Positions 10,129 through 20,042 of a stretch of 54,079 bases of DNA are shown here, one piece after another. The position numbers and the translations under genes were made by a program. Source of the stretch: Promethearchaeia archaeon (GTDB lineage Archaea; Asgardarchaeota; Lokiarchaeia; Sigyniarchaeales; SOKP01). How positions within the stretch are numbered: position 1 is the first letter of the stretch; the number at the start of each line of letters is the position of its first letter. The notes beneath the pieces were generated by a model. That model had not been told where the DNA came from, did not search any database, and was given only the letters and a program-made list of their open reading frames with translations. The stretch lies in the NCBI GenBank assembly GCA_029856155.1, contig JAHQWL010000025.1:1-54079 (forward strand), given 5' to 3'.

Positions 10129-10617
10129 ATTACTGAAGATATTAAGCTCCTGAAAGGCATTATTATATGTAAAGAAAGTGGTGAATACTTACTTGACCTT
10201 ATTTTAGATACGAAAATTAATCCAGTATTACTCTCTTCTTTTGTTGGTGCATTAGGATTATTCGGAGAAAACTTAGGAAAGATTGAAGAGATTAACATTA
10301 AAGGACTTGACGTAGAAATGATTGTAGTATATAAATATAACTTGATCTTCGTAGCAATTCTTGATAAGGAGTTCAAAAAACATGACATAAGAGCAGAAGC
10401 AGAAAAATCATTAGACATGTTTTATTCATTATATCGTACTGAAATTAATGAAGATTGTAATGAAGTTAGTCAATTTTCATCGTTTAAGAATATTTTATTT
10501 ACACAAATTGAAGAATACTTTAATAGGATTAAGGATTCCCAAAAAGGACCCGAAATTGGAGACTTTGGGTTCTTTACTGATGCGATTAAAAAATTAAGAA
10601 CTAATTCAACAAATTAA
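10129..10617 (+). CDS. Longin-like domain protein; N-terminal half missed by the ORF track
   Basis: The frame is open from 10111 and encodes 'TEDIKLLKGIIICKESGEYLLDLILDTKINPVLLSSFVGALGLFGENLGKIEEINIKGLDVEM', a typical longin beta-beta-alpha-beta start. No ATG/GTG/TTG before 10318; start tentatively ATT at 10129. Confidence 0.7.
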   Translation: MTEDIKLLKGIIICKESGEYLLDLILDTKINPVLLSSFVGALGLFGENLGKIEEINIKGLDVEMIVVYKYNLIFVAILDKEFKKHDIRAEAEKSLDMFYSLYRTEINEDCNEVSQFSSFKNILFTQIEEYFNRIKDSQKGPEIGDFGFFTDAIKKLRTNSTN

Positions 10618-11498
10618 AATCCCTTTTCTTTCTTTTTAAATATTAGATCTCCTATCTTTACCCCAAAAATTCGTTCCATTAAATTACATTTAGCTTTTAA
10701 GAGATAATATACATCTTTGTAAGGAATTTCCATGCCATAAAGACTTTCAAAATTGCCTTGTCCCTTAGATAAAATAACACCATTCTGGTTAAAGAAGTAT
10801 TTTTTAAATTCTTCTGACGTATCTGATAAAATAATTCCTGGAGCATCATTCGATTCAATAACTTGAATTAAATCTGTTAAATTAATAAATTTCGCATCTT
10901 CAATGGTAGCATCATTAATTATAGGAGCCGATCTTACTGAATAAATTATCTCTAAATTAGGATATAATTTTTTAAGAATTATGATTAGAATTTTATCGAA
11001 GACTATTTCCCCGGCATTATCTCCTAATATTAGTAATTGATTTGAGTTTTCAAGTGAATTTTGGAACTTCCCATAATCATTAATAGCTAAATCTTCAAGC
11101 TTAAAGTTTTCTAAGTCAGAGATAATATCTATATCATGTTGGCCTGCAAAATCTATAGTATTTCCAAGTGCAGATCCTAAAATAGCCTTAAGTACAGGAT
11201 CTTCTGCTTTTTCAATTAAATTTAAAACATCTTCGAAGTAATTTAATACCAGAAGATTATATTCAATTTTAAGATCATGATAAGGATCTCTATTATCTAA
11301 TAGCTCTGCGATAATATTATAAGTCACTTTTCCAAGAATAGGAGCGGCAACCTCATTTATATTGAAGTTTAAAAGGTATTTCATGAGTTTTTTCTGGGCA
11401 GTAATCACAACTTCACGAGAAATATTGGGGTTTAATAATTCGAATGCTTTTAACACTTGATTAAAAAGACATCCAATACATTCGGGTTCTAGTTTCAT
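10614..11498 (-). CDS. DUF89/ARMT1-like damage-control phosphatase
   Basis: 'CIGC', 'DPY', 'GNTIDF', 'DNAGEIVFD', 'PIINDAT', 'SKGQGNFESL', 'LLKAKC'. Confidence 0.93.
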   Translation of the reverse strand: MKLEPECIGCLFNQVLKAFELLNPNISREVVITAQKKLMKYLLNFNINEVAAPILGKVTYNIIAELLDNRDPYHDLKIEYNLLVLNYFEDVLNLIEKAEDPVLKAILGSALGNTIDFAGQHDIDIISDLENFKLEDLAINDYGKFQNSLENSNQLLILGDNAGEIVFDKILIIILKKLYPNLEIIYSVRSAPIINDATIEDAKFINLTDLIQVIESNDAPGIILSDTSEEFKKYFFNQNGVILSKGQGNFESLYGMEIPYKDVYYLLKAKCNLMERIFGVKIGDLIFKKKEKGF

Positions 11499-11685
11499 AT
11501 TTATTTTTCCTATAATTTTAACACGAGTTCGTCTTTTAATTTTTAAATTGGGTAATAATTCTTAGTTATTTTTATATACAATTTTGTATAATCTTTCTTT
11601 ATAAAATGAAAATTTACTAGATAGATCTTTTAAATACTTAAAGATTTAATAAATAATCAATTATTTACAAAAAATTGGTTAAAAA

Positions 11686-12996
11686 ATGTCAGAAACAACA
11701 CAAAAATTTAATTTAAAGCAAACTACTTTTATTGGATTAGCATTTTTTACAACTGGAATTGCTTGGTCAATGTTCAATACACAAGTGAATATCACTCTAT
11801 TTGACTATCTAGGCTCTTATGGACTTGTAGGAGCATGGATGGCAATGGACAATATCATTGGCGTTTGTATACAACCTATTATGGGTACAGTTTCAGATAA
11901 TACTCGCACAAGACTTGGTCGTCGGATGCCCTACTTAATTGTCGGAATTCCTCTTTCAGCTATATTCTTTATTATGATTTCAACTGTTAATTCCGCCCAA
12001 GATCCTTTATGGCTTTTATTATTTTGGATGTTCTTTTTTAATGTAAGTATGGCATCCTATAGATCACAAGCAGTAGCACTTATGCCAGATTTTGTAGAGC
12101 CTGTAAATAGGAGTAAGGGAAATGCCGTTATCAACTTCATGGGTGGAATTGGAGCTTTGATTGCATACCTCTTTAATAAATTCCTCGTACCAATTAGTTT
12201 ATTTCTAGCATTTTTTGCGGTTGCAATTATTATGGTTGCTTCTTTAATTGTCTTACTGTTTACAATAAAAGAGAAGGAATCTTATAGTTATAAACTAATT
12301 TTAGAAAGGGAGGAAGTAGAAGGGCAAAAAATTAAAGATAGAAAAGACAGACCCAATCTAGTTGAGAGTTTTAAAGACATCTTATCTGAAGAGGATAAAT
12401 CTACACTATTTATGCTTTTCGCAATTTTTTCATGGTTTGTCGGATATCAGGCATTAGAAGCTCTTTATACCGTTTATGGGATGGATGTATTGGGTTTGTC
12501 GCGTGGTGATGCGGGTTTCATGTTGCTTTATGTAGCTATTGCGTTTCTTCTTTCAGCACTTCCAGCTGGGATATTAGGTTCAAAAATAGGTAGAAGGCAA
12601 ACAATTAAAATCGGTTTAATTCTCTTTATTAGTGCCCTAATTATCGGTTTTTCAGTCCAAACGGAGACAGTGATTACAATAATCTTGTTTGTAGCAGGTA
12701 TTGGTTGGGCGTTTATTAATATCAATTCAATTGTTATAGTATGGGAAATGGCTCCTACAAGCAAGAAAATCGGAACTTATACAGGTGTATATTATTTCTT
12801 TAGTTTTATGGCGGCAATATTAGGACCATTTATGGTAGGCTCACTAATAGATGTACTTGGTAATTCTACTTTATTTTTAGTAACCTCATTCTTCTTCATT
12901 ATTGCTCTTGCGTTTATGTTTCTTGTTAAAAGAGGTGAAGCAGAACTAACTGATGAAGAAAAAATTGCTAAAGCAAAAGCAATTCAAGAATTATAA
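11686..12996 (+). CDS. MFS transporter, SLC45/GPH-like sugar porter
   Basis: 12 TM; 'QPIMGTVSDNTRTRLGRRMPY', 'ALMPD', 'RSKGNAVIN'. Confidence 0.9.
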   Translation: MSETTQKFNLKQTTFIGLAFFTTGIAWSMFNTQVNITLFDYLGSYGLVGAWMAMDNIIGVCIQPIMGTVSDNTRTRLGRRMPYLIVGIPLSAIFFIMISTVNSAQDPLWLLLFWMFFFNVSMASYRSQAVALMPDFVEPVNRSKGNAVINFMGGIGALIAYLFNKFLVPISLFLAFFAVAIIMVASLIVLLFTIKEKESYSYKLILEREEVEGQKIKDRKDRPNLVESFKDILSEEDKSTLFMLFAIFSWFVGYQALEALYTVYGMDVLGLSRGDAGFMLLYVAIAFLLSALPAGILGSKIGRRQTIKIGLILFISALIIGFSVQTETVITIILFVAGIGWAFININSIVIVWEMAPTSKKIGTYTGVYYFFSFMAAILGPFMVGSLIDVLGNSTLFLVTSFFFIIALAFMFLVKRGEAELTDEEKIAKAKAIQEL

Positions 12997-13002
12997 TAAT
13001 TC

Positions 13003-13014
13003 TTTTTTTTTTTT
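13003..13014 (+). terminator. Oligo-T archaeal terminator
   Basis: T12 run just after the MFS stop codon, between convergent genes. Confidence 0.5.
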
Positions 13015-13051
13015 AATTTTGGAAGGATTTAAAACTTTTAAAATGCAAACC

Positions 13052-13204
13052 TTACAGGTCAATTTCAATTTTAATGTTTTCGATGTTTTCAGGAACTCCT
13101 TTGGTACTTTTTAAATAGCCCTGAATTATGTTGGACAGCATCTCTTGCATGAAATCCTTTAACGGAATTTTTCTTTCATTTACTGATAATATTACTTTTA
13201 CCAT
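13052..13204 (-). CDS. 50-aa protein resembling the C-terminal domain of MobB (not in the ORF track)
   Basis: MVKVILSVNERKIPLKDFMQEMLSNIIQGYLKSTKGVPENIENIKIEIDL; SD GAGGT upstream; matches the 'V.L.V.G..IPL..F.Q..I.N.I.G...S.KGV...I.I.I' pattern. Confidence 0.75.
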   Translation of the reverse strand: MVKVILSVNERKIPLKDFMQEMLSNIIQGYLKSTKGVPENIENIKIEIDL

Positions 13205-13295
13205 AATTACCTCAATATCAATTAAAATATTAAAATTTTATATTATTTTTTATAAAGATTGGACTCATGGAACTCTTCTTAAAAAATAACTTCTG

Positions 13296-13367
13296 AAATC
13301 CGAAACCGGGCAAGGTAGGTCAGCTTACTACTAACATTTTTTAGCAAGATTCATTCCATTCGGATTT
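13296..13367 (-). promoter_or_regulatory. SECIS-like 3'UTR hairpin (eukaryote/Lokiarchaeia type)
   Basis: mRNA: AAAUCCGAA-UGGA-AUGAA-UCUUGCU-AAAAAA-UGUUAGU-AGUAAGC-UGAC-CUACCUUGCCCGGU-UUCGGAUUU. It has a 9-bp basal stem, an AUGA/UGA core, a short upper stem and an apical A run, and begins at the stop codon of a UGA-containing ORF. Confidence 0.7.
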
Positions 13368-13627
13368 TATATTAAAATTATTGAGAATACATACGATTGT
13401 TCAAGAGTATAATTGACAAGATAATTTATCAGTGAATTTAATATTTGAGGAGGAATTATAAAGCCGCCTCATCCACAACCACCATCAGTTATTTCATTAT
13501 TCAACGCATTGACAAAGAGTATGATAACTATTGTGATTATTGCTGCTAGGCTAATTACACTGAAAAGAATAATTATCAATTTTTTGAAATTTCTGCTCCT
13601 TTTTGGATTTAACATAGCTTCTCTCAT
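13367..13627 (-). CDS. Candidate small membrane selenoprotein, 86 aa, Sec at codon 53 (not in the ORF track)
   Basis: MREAMLNPKRSRNFKKLIIILFSVISLAAIITIVIILFVNALNNEITDGGCG-U(TGA 13471-13469)-GGFIIPPQILNSLINYLVNYTLEQSYVFSIILI*; SECIS-like element directly downstream. Alternative start at ATG 13615. Confidence 0.65.
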
Positions 13628-13717
13628 TTTCATATATTATGAGTAAATTTATTTATTTTTTATTAGTGATTTCTACTTAAAAATTTTAACTTAGCTATTA
13701 ATTCTTTTCAAATTCTT

Positions 13718-14725
13718 TTAAGAGCTTTTTCCTTCATTATGTCTAAAAATAGTATATATTCCAACTATAAGTGTAAAAACCATAAAGAAAATCCACAATA
13801 TTTGGGCTTGAAGTACTAATCCGGGTATGATATCCGCTGGTGGATTAAGTTCTCTTAAAATCTCAATGATCTGAACGATAAGTTTCATTAAAATTATAAA
13901 TAATGCTACTGTATCGGCTCTAAAGATTTTAAGTTTTTCTTTTATATAATCTACTCTATCATAAATAGATCCAATTATGTATAAAAACAGAAGAAAATCA
14001 ATAACAAATGCTAAGAGGTCATAACCAGCAGCATCAAGGAATATAAATTCTGCCCAAAGATCAATAATTATATAGAGAACATAAAAGAATGTTAGTAAAT
14101 TAAAGAATGAGATATATGCCGCAAATTTCTTTGTAAATAATAATCTAATTAATAAGATTCCTAATAATGTTAGGCCTATCAAGAATAGATTAAAAAAGAC
14201 TCTTGCTAAACTTTGAACGTATGGATTAGCAAAACTAAGGAAAAATCTCATGGTTAAAGATGTGAACCACCAGCTTAGAAGGAAAAAAACCACAAATTCT
14301 ATTATCCGTGTTAATATTCTGGAACCTTTTTTACTATAAAAGTAATCGTCAACTTTAATAGAAGTATCCATACAAAATTTAAAGGCGAAAAATGCAGTAA
14401 TAATAATATTAGCTATATAACAAAAAATTGTAAAAATGTTGATAATCCCTCCAAAAATATACATAACAGGAAGAGTCAATACAACTGATATGATGATTAT
14501 AATTACCCCCATCTTATCAATAGGTATAACAAATGAAATAATAAATAAAATGAATGTAAATCCAGCTAAAATCGCTAGGAATATCAAAAAATATCTTTTG
14601 AAGGTAATATTTGGAAACAAATCAATTACAAATGCAAATAAAAACCAACAAACAATAAACAGGATAACAATAACTAATAAAATTCTCTTTTTCGAAAGAT
14701 TCTTTAAACCAGAAATAAATCTCAT
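13718..14725 (-). CDS. Polytopic membrane protein, unknown function
   Basis: About 10 hydrophobic segments; no recognised motif. Confidence 0.8.
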   Translation of the reverse strand: MRFISGLKNLSKKRILLVIVILFIVCWFLFAFVIDLFPNITFKRYFLIFLAILAGFTFILFIISFVIPIDKMGVIIIIISVVLTLPVMYIFGGIINIFTIFCYIANIIITAFFAFKFCMDTSIKVDDYFYSKKGSRILTRIIEFVVFFLLSWWFTSLTMRFFLSFANPYVQSLARVFFNLFLIGLTLLGILLIRLLFTKKFAAYISFFNLLTFFYVLYIIIDLWAEFIFLDAAGYDLLAFVIDFLLFLYIIGSIYDRVDYIKEKLKIFRADTVALFIILMKLIVQIIEILRELNPPADIIPGLVLQAQILWIFFMVFTLIVGIYTIFRHNEGKSS

Positions 14726-14926
14726 ATAAAATCCACAAAGATGTGTTTGATATAAAACTTGTTAATATACAATATGTTAATTAATTTTGTTATATAACCT
14801 CTTATAAGTTCACCTTTTTGTATAATTATGATAAGAAGTCTCCTTAGCGATTTTTAAAAAATTAAAAGAATATTTTTATCCAACAGCTAATTCTTTAACA
14901 TATAAAATTATAATAGCGTTTTAAAA

Positions 14927-16141
14927 ATGTCTGAAAATCAAAAGGTTAGAAATCGTTGGATTGTTGTCATCGGAGCTATACTGATCCAACTGGCACTAGG
15001 TACAATATATTCCTGGGGAACACTTACTATATTTGTCAGTGGTCCATATTTGAATGCAATCGAGGAACTCACTATTTATATTTTTGGTGTTGGATTATTA
15101 TCCTTTGCGATAACGATGATTTTCGCTGGTCAATTACAACAAAAATATGGTCCTAGAAATGTTGCGATTCTTGGAGGGGTGTTAATGGGTGGAGGAGTTA
15201 TTTTATCCTCACTAATGACTACTTTCATTGGATTATTAATCACCTATGGTATTATTTTTGGAATGGGGATAGGGTTTGGTTATGTATGTCCTATTGCTTC
15301 AGCGAGTAAATGGTTTCCAGATAAAAAAGGATTTATAAATGGAATTGCTGTTGCAGGATTTGGCGCAGGTTCATTTGTATTCAATTATGTAATAAGGGCA
15401 CTTGCGATATCTTTTAATATTCCCACAATGTTTATTGTTCTTGGAATAATATACTTGGTTCTGATTATTGGAGGGGCAATGACATTGAGTACTCCACCAG
15501 AAGGCTGGAAACCAGAAGGTTGGGAACCTTCCGCTCCTTCTGAAAAAAGTGGAATTTCTGGACTCGAATTTGAGCGTAAAAATACAATAAAATTACCACA
15601 ATTTTGGATGCTTTGGGTGACTTTTGTTTTAAGTGCAATGTCGGGTTTAATGGTAATAGGATCTTACGCAGCTTTCATAAAAGCATATGCAACTGTTGAT
15701 TTTGTATTAATTGGAAGTTTAGCTGCATTGTTCAATGGCTTAGGTAGAATAGTATGGGGAAAGTTAGCTGATATATTATCTTATAAAAAGGCAATGTTAT
15801 TAATGTTTTCAATTCAAGCAATTCTATTACTTATCTACTTTACAACAAATGTTGACGTGATCTACTTTGGAATCATTACAATCACTATATATTTCTGTTT
15901 TGGTGGGAATTTCAGCTTATTTCCAACAGCTACTGCTGATTTATTTGGATTGAAGAATTTAGGTCCAAATTATGGAATGGTATTTACAGCCTATGGGATT
16001 GCTGGATTTATCGGTGCCGTTGGTGTTAATCTATTAGTTTTAGCATTTGGTAGTTATTTAATTCTATTTATAGTTATGGGCTTAATGTCAGTAGGAGCTG
16101 CTATTTTAGCATATTTAATAAAACCTCCAATTCGTAAATAA
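14927..16141 (+). CDS. MFS transporter, oxalate/formate antiporter (OFA) family
   Basis: 'NRWIVVIGAILIQLALGTIYSW', 'GIGFGYVCPI...KWFPDKKG...GFGAG', 'FNGLGRIVWG', 'FGGNFSLFP...FG.KN.G.NYG'. Confidence 0.92.
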   Translation: MSENQKVRNRWIVVIGAILIQLALGTIYSWGTLTIFVSGPYLNAIEELTIYIFGVGLLSFAITMIFAGQLQQKYGPRNVAILGGVLMGGGVILSSLMTTFIGLLITYGIIFGMGIGFGYVCPIASASKWFPDKKGFINGIAVAGFGAGSFVFNYVIRALAISFNIPTMFIVLGIIYLVLIIGGAMTLSTPPEGWKPEGWEPSAPSEKSGISGLEFERKNTIKLPQFWMLWVTFVLSAMSGLMVIGSYAAFIKAYATVDFVLIGSLAALFNGLGRIVWGKLADILSYKKAMLLMFSIQAILLLIYFTTNVDVIYFGIITITIYFCFGGNFSLFPTATADLFGLKNLGPNYGMVFTAYGIAGFIGAVGVNLLVLAFGSYLILFIVMGLMSVGAAILAYLIKPPIRK

Positions 16142-16251
16142 TTATATACATTTTTTTTTTCATGCTTTTTCTTCTTAACTAGAAAAGAATAAATATAAAG
16201 GTTAGAAAATTAAACCTTTATAAATCTATAAAAATGCTCTAATTCGATAAT

Positions 16252-17052
16252 TCACTTTTTTGAAATTAACGTTATTGCCTTATTAGGGCATTTTGAGACA
16301 CAAGTTCCACATCCAAAACAATGTATTGAATTGAAATGTAATTTATTATTAATAAGATGTCTTGCCCCAAAATAACACCATGTTTCACACGTACCACAAT
16401 TAGTACATTTATTTAAATTAGTGTTTGCGATAAAATCACTTTTAACCATCTGCGGAGAACCATATTTAATAAATTTATTAAGAATAACACAACAACATGG
16501 ACAACAGTTGCATATGATATAGTAAAATTGTGGATTTGGAAAATAAATTAATTGATGAACGAGACCTCTCTCATTGCATTCTTCTAATAAATCAATAATC
16601 TCTTTTTTTGACACTTTTTTCAGATTGTACGATTTAAAGGGTATTTCATAAAGAGACTTCCCAAAACCAAAATGTATACATGTATTTATCGGGTGATCGC
16701 AATTTGGTGCTTCATATTTTCGTTGAGTGGTTCTACAATAGCACCAACTAACCCCCCTTACCGATGAACGCTCTAATATTTTTAATATTTCTTGGGAAGA
16801 TATGAATTTTGAATCATAACTAATATTCTTGTTTAAAGGAATGACTTTTCCACCCCATCTGCCCCTTAAAATAAACTTATTAACAATTCCCATCGTGTAT
16901 ATATTAAATTTCATATCAATTTTTCGAAATAATTCAAGAATCACGCCTTCAGCAAGACCAAACAAACTAGAAAGTAGTTTACCAAGTGCTGGTATTCTTT
17001 TTAGAATTTTGTCAATCCTAGATTCAAATGTTCTATACGGGAAAGTATTCAA
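16252..17052 (-). CDS. 4Fe-4S dicluster Fe-S protein
   Basis: 'CYCR...C.HP..TC', 'GLVH', 'ICNCCPCCC', two CxxCxxCxxxC motifs. Confidence 0.88.
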   Translation of the reverse strand: MNTFPYRTFESRIDKILKRIPALGKLLSSLFGLAEGVILELFRKIDMKFNIYTMGIVNKFILRGRWGGKVIPLNKNISYDSKFISSQEILKILERSSVRGVSWCYCRTTQRKYEAPNCDHPINTCIHFGFGKSLYEIPFKSYNLKKVSKKEIIDLLEECNERGLVHQLIYFPNPQFYYIICNCCPCCCVILNKFIKYGSPQMVKSDFIANTNLNKCTNCGTCETWCYFGARHLINNKLHFNSIHCFGCGTCVSKCPNKAITLISKK

Positions 17053-17165
17053 ATCTTAGATAACTCGATTAATTTAATTAATCGAGAAAATAGTTAAATC
17101 CATTTAATTTTTATTCTAAAGATTAAACTGAAATTTTTTATTAGATATCAAATTCTTCAAGTATT

Positions 17166-17675
17166 ATGATAGAATCAAACGAGCAAATTATTAAAAAGGC
17201 ATTTGAATTAGGAAAAAAATACGAAAAAGAATGTACGGGATGTGCTCAAACTGCTGTAGCGGGCATTTTTGATTCATTGGGGATATGGAATGAAGATGTT
17301 TTCAAAGCAGCAAGTGGTTTAGCGGATGGTTTAGGTTTAACCGGAGATGGTTCTTGTGGTGCCTTAGTGGGCGCTTCGATGGTAATTGGATTCTTGTTTG
17401 GAAGAGAACGTAAAGATTTTAAGGATATGTATAAACCGGAGAAATCATATGAATTAGTCAAGCAATTGCATGATAAGTATATAAAAAAATATGGATCCTG
17501 CAGATGTTATGACGTTCAAGAGAAACTGGTGGGAAGGACATATAATCTCTGGAATCCTGATGAGCGGAAAGAAGCATTTGAATCAGGAATGATAGAACAT
17601 TGTTCTACTGTTGTAGGGAAAGTTGCTAAGATGGCTACCAAAATAATTCTGAATAATGGATTTAAACCTCAATAA
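17166..17675 (+). CDS. C_GCAxxG_C_C family putative redox protein
   Basis: 'GCAQ', 'GSCGALVG', 'GSCRC', late 'HC'. Confidence 0.9.
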   Translation: MIESNEQIIKKAFELGKKYEKECTGCAQTAVAGIFDSLGIWNEDVFKAASGLADGLGLTGDGSCGALVGASMVIGFLFGRERKDFKDMYKPEKSYELVKQLHDKYIKKYGSCRCYDVQEKLVGRTYNLWNPDERKEAFESGMIEHCSTVVGKVAKMATKIILNNGFKPQ

Positions 17676-17998
17676 GTTGTACAAATATTAACAAATCTTC
17701 GAAATAAATAAACAATAGAGTATTTCATTTAATCTTTAATACTGTATTAGGTTTTGAAGTATTCACAAGTCATATCCTCATTTGTATTACCCCTAAGATG
17801 TGAATTTTTTTTATATTTCCTCTCTCTTCTTAATTAGTACAATCAATAAATATCAATTAAATATGTAAAAGAATTTTAATGTTGGTTTTTATTTTTATGA
17901 TAAGTAAATAAGTGATAAAAAGTTGATGTGTTTTTAACGTAAACGTAGTTTTCGAAGAAAAAGTACTGATTAATGCTCAAAGGGCATTTGAGCTTACT

Positions 17999-18412
17999 AT
18001 GCAATGGTTAAATAGTCAATATAAAACTAAAATTAAAACATCAACGCCACATACATTTATTGAAGCTAAGCAAGGAACTATGAGAACTCATACTGGGCAT
18101 GATCCAAACTGGAAAAAGCGAATACTGATTAATTTTTATACTCTGGAAGGAAACCAAACATTAATACGAGTGGATGCGATACCTCTATCTCGAACTATAT
18201 TTAGAGTTGAAAAATTAAAACAATCGTGGTATAATGGTCTTTTCTCTCATTTGTTTTCTTTGCTTAAAACCTATGGAATATCTGCTAGACAGGAAAAAAT
18301 CCCGGAACCTAGCATTATTCAAGGACAAAAAATTAAATATTGCTCCTTTTGTGGAAGTCAAATAGAAGAATCAGCTAAAATATGTCCTAGTTGTGGAATC
18401 GAAAGAGAGTAA
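17999..18412 (+). CDS. Zinc-ribbon domain protein (start may lie further upstream)
   Basis: C-terminal 'CSFCG...CPSCG'; frame open from 17927 (VFEEKVLINAQRAFELT) without a canonical start. Confidence 0.75.
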   Translation: MQWLNSQYKTKIKTSTPHTFIEAKQGTMRTHTGHDPNWKKRILINFYTLEGNQTLIRVDAIPLSRTIFRVEKLKQSWYNGLFSHLFSLLKTYGISARQEKIPEPSIIQGQKIKYCSFCGSQIEESAKICPSCGIERE

Positions 18413-18496
18413 GAATTTTAAGATCTTCAACTCGTAAAATAATTAAAATACTTTTTTCTGAAATTTGTCGGACTCTCTTGATTTATTTGAGAAAAA

Positions 18497-18664
18497 TTGA
18501 ATCTTCTTTTTGTGACAAAATCTTATTATGATTGGGAATTGGATTTAAGAACTAAACCACCCCATATGAAAAAAAAGAAGAATAAGAAAAATGATCTAGG
18601 AATCTCAGTTGAAGACTTCAAAAGTTTCATTAAATTATGGAAAAGTAAAAATATTGTATTTTGA
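18497..18664 (+). pseudogene. Possible gene remnant or 55-aa ORF
   Basis: TTG-led LNLLFVTKSYYDWELDLRTKPPHMKKKKNKKNDLGISVEDFKSFIKLWKSKNIVF; two TGA codons just upstream in frame. Confidence 0.3.
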
Positions 18665-18719
18665 GTTTAATGGGATCTTAAATATTAAATAGTAGCGAAA
18701 AAAATAAGAAAATGTAGAT

Positions 18720-19097
18720 TTAGAATGGTAATATATCGATAGTTACGTGCAATAACGCCCCAATTAAAATGACAACGAGAACATATATTAGGAAAGCTAT
18801 AACAGTTATAACTATTGCACTTAAAAATCCGACATTATGGCTAACACTAATAATTATCCAGGTTAGAATTAATGCCACTAACCATGCGAGCCAAGTTTCT
18901 AGATAAAGAAAAGTTAAAGCAAAAGTTACAGTTATTAAGAATGCTGTCAAAAAGACATGCCCGAAATTAGTGTTTTTCGCTTTACTAAAGAAACTTAATG
19001 CTATGCTCAAAAAAATTGCCATTATCAATAGAACTATAAGATAGAATACCAAAAACCACATTACTTCTTCAAAGGTTTGGAAAATCATTTTAATCAT
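18720..19097 (-). CDS. Small 4-TM membrane protein
   Basis: Four hydrophobic helices. Confidence 0.75.
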   Translation of the reverse strand: MIKMIFQTFEEVMWFLVFYLIVLLIMAIFLSIALSFFSKAKNTNFGHVFLTAFLITVTFALTFLYLETWLAWLVALILTWIIISVSHNVGFLSAIVITVIAFLIYVLVVILIGALLHVTIDILPF

Positions 19098-19212
19098 TAT
19101 TTGAGTTTAATTTAAATACCATAAATTTTAGGAAATATTTATATTATGTGGAACTAGAAAAAAACCATAATATATAAGGTAAATCCTAATGTGATTTTAA
19201 GGAGAAAATATA

Positions 19213-19578
19213 ATGAACTTAAAAGATCCAAAATTAACTGCTCTCCAATTTAATGAATATATCAATAATCAAGATATTCAAGGACTTACTAATCTCATGA
19301 CAAAAGACCACCTATTTATTGATCGTTAAGGAGATCGTTATGGAGACATGGTTAATGGGTGGAAAGAATTTTTCAGAAACTACCCCACTTATAAAAATTA
19401 TTTTAAAAGAGTAGAATCAATAGATAATTTGGTAATTTTAATCGGGTATGCCAAATGGTCTAAAGATTCTTTAGTAGAAGATCATGCCATATGGACAGCC
19501 AAGATTGAAAATGATCTTGTCGCTGAATGGTGTATTTATGAAGATACAGATGAAAATAGAAAGAAATTTAGCTTATAA
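19213..19578 (+). pseudogene. NTF2/SnoaL-like protein with an internal TAA
   Basis: SD GGAG plus ATG 19213: MNLKDPKLTALQFNEYINNQDIQGLTNLMTKDHLFIDR*GDRYGDMVNGWKEFF...; stop at 19327-19329, same frame as the 76-aa ORF in the track. Confidence 0.8.
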
Positions 19579-19589
19579 AGAGTGAAAAA

Positions 19590-19694
19590 TTAAACAAATA
19601 TACCCATAATTATCAATAAAGCAATACATAGAGCTGCTAAACTCGAAAATCCAATTAGACCCAAAAAGATTTCATAAAACTCTTTAAAAGTCAT
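19590..19694 (-). CDS. 34-aa single-TM micropeptide (not in the ORF track)
   Basis: MTFKEFYEIFLGLIGFSSLAALCIALLIIMGIFV. Confidence 0.45.
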   Translation of the reverse strand: MTFKEFYEIFLGLIGFSSLAALCIALLIIMGIFV

Positions 19695-20042
19695 AATTTT
19701 ATATTTTTCGCCTTTAATTCTAATTTATAATTACTATTCAATTATACCTAATCTAGTATATAAAAGTATATATTTAAATGTTATGCCTAAGAATCATTTA
19801 TTCCATTTTAATGCATACTTATGTGTAATAAAAGTTGCATATATATATAAATATATAATTATATTTTTTATCTAATGAAGAGCGTAAGAATAAAAAGAAC
19901 ATTTTTAAGTAATAATTTGTCAATAAACTGTCTAATTCGAGATTAGATAGTTCTTTTAATATTAAGCATAAACGATTTATGTATTCAAATTTTTAACCTA
20001 AATAATAATAATTATTATTTTTAAGAAATTTGTTGAATAATC

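Noticed and set aside
18479-18490. Two in-frame TGA codons upstream of the 18497 ORF as Sec
   Set aside because: No redox motif, no start codon in that frame and no SECIS-like hairpin seen downstream; more likely a decayed remnant.
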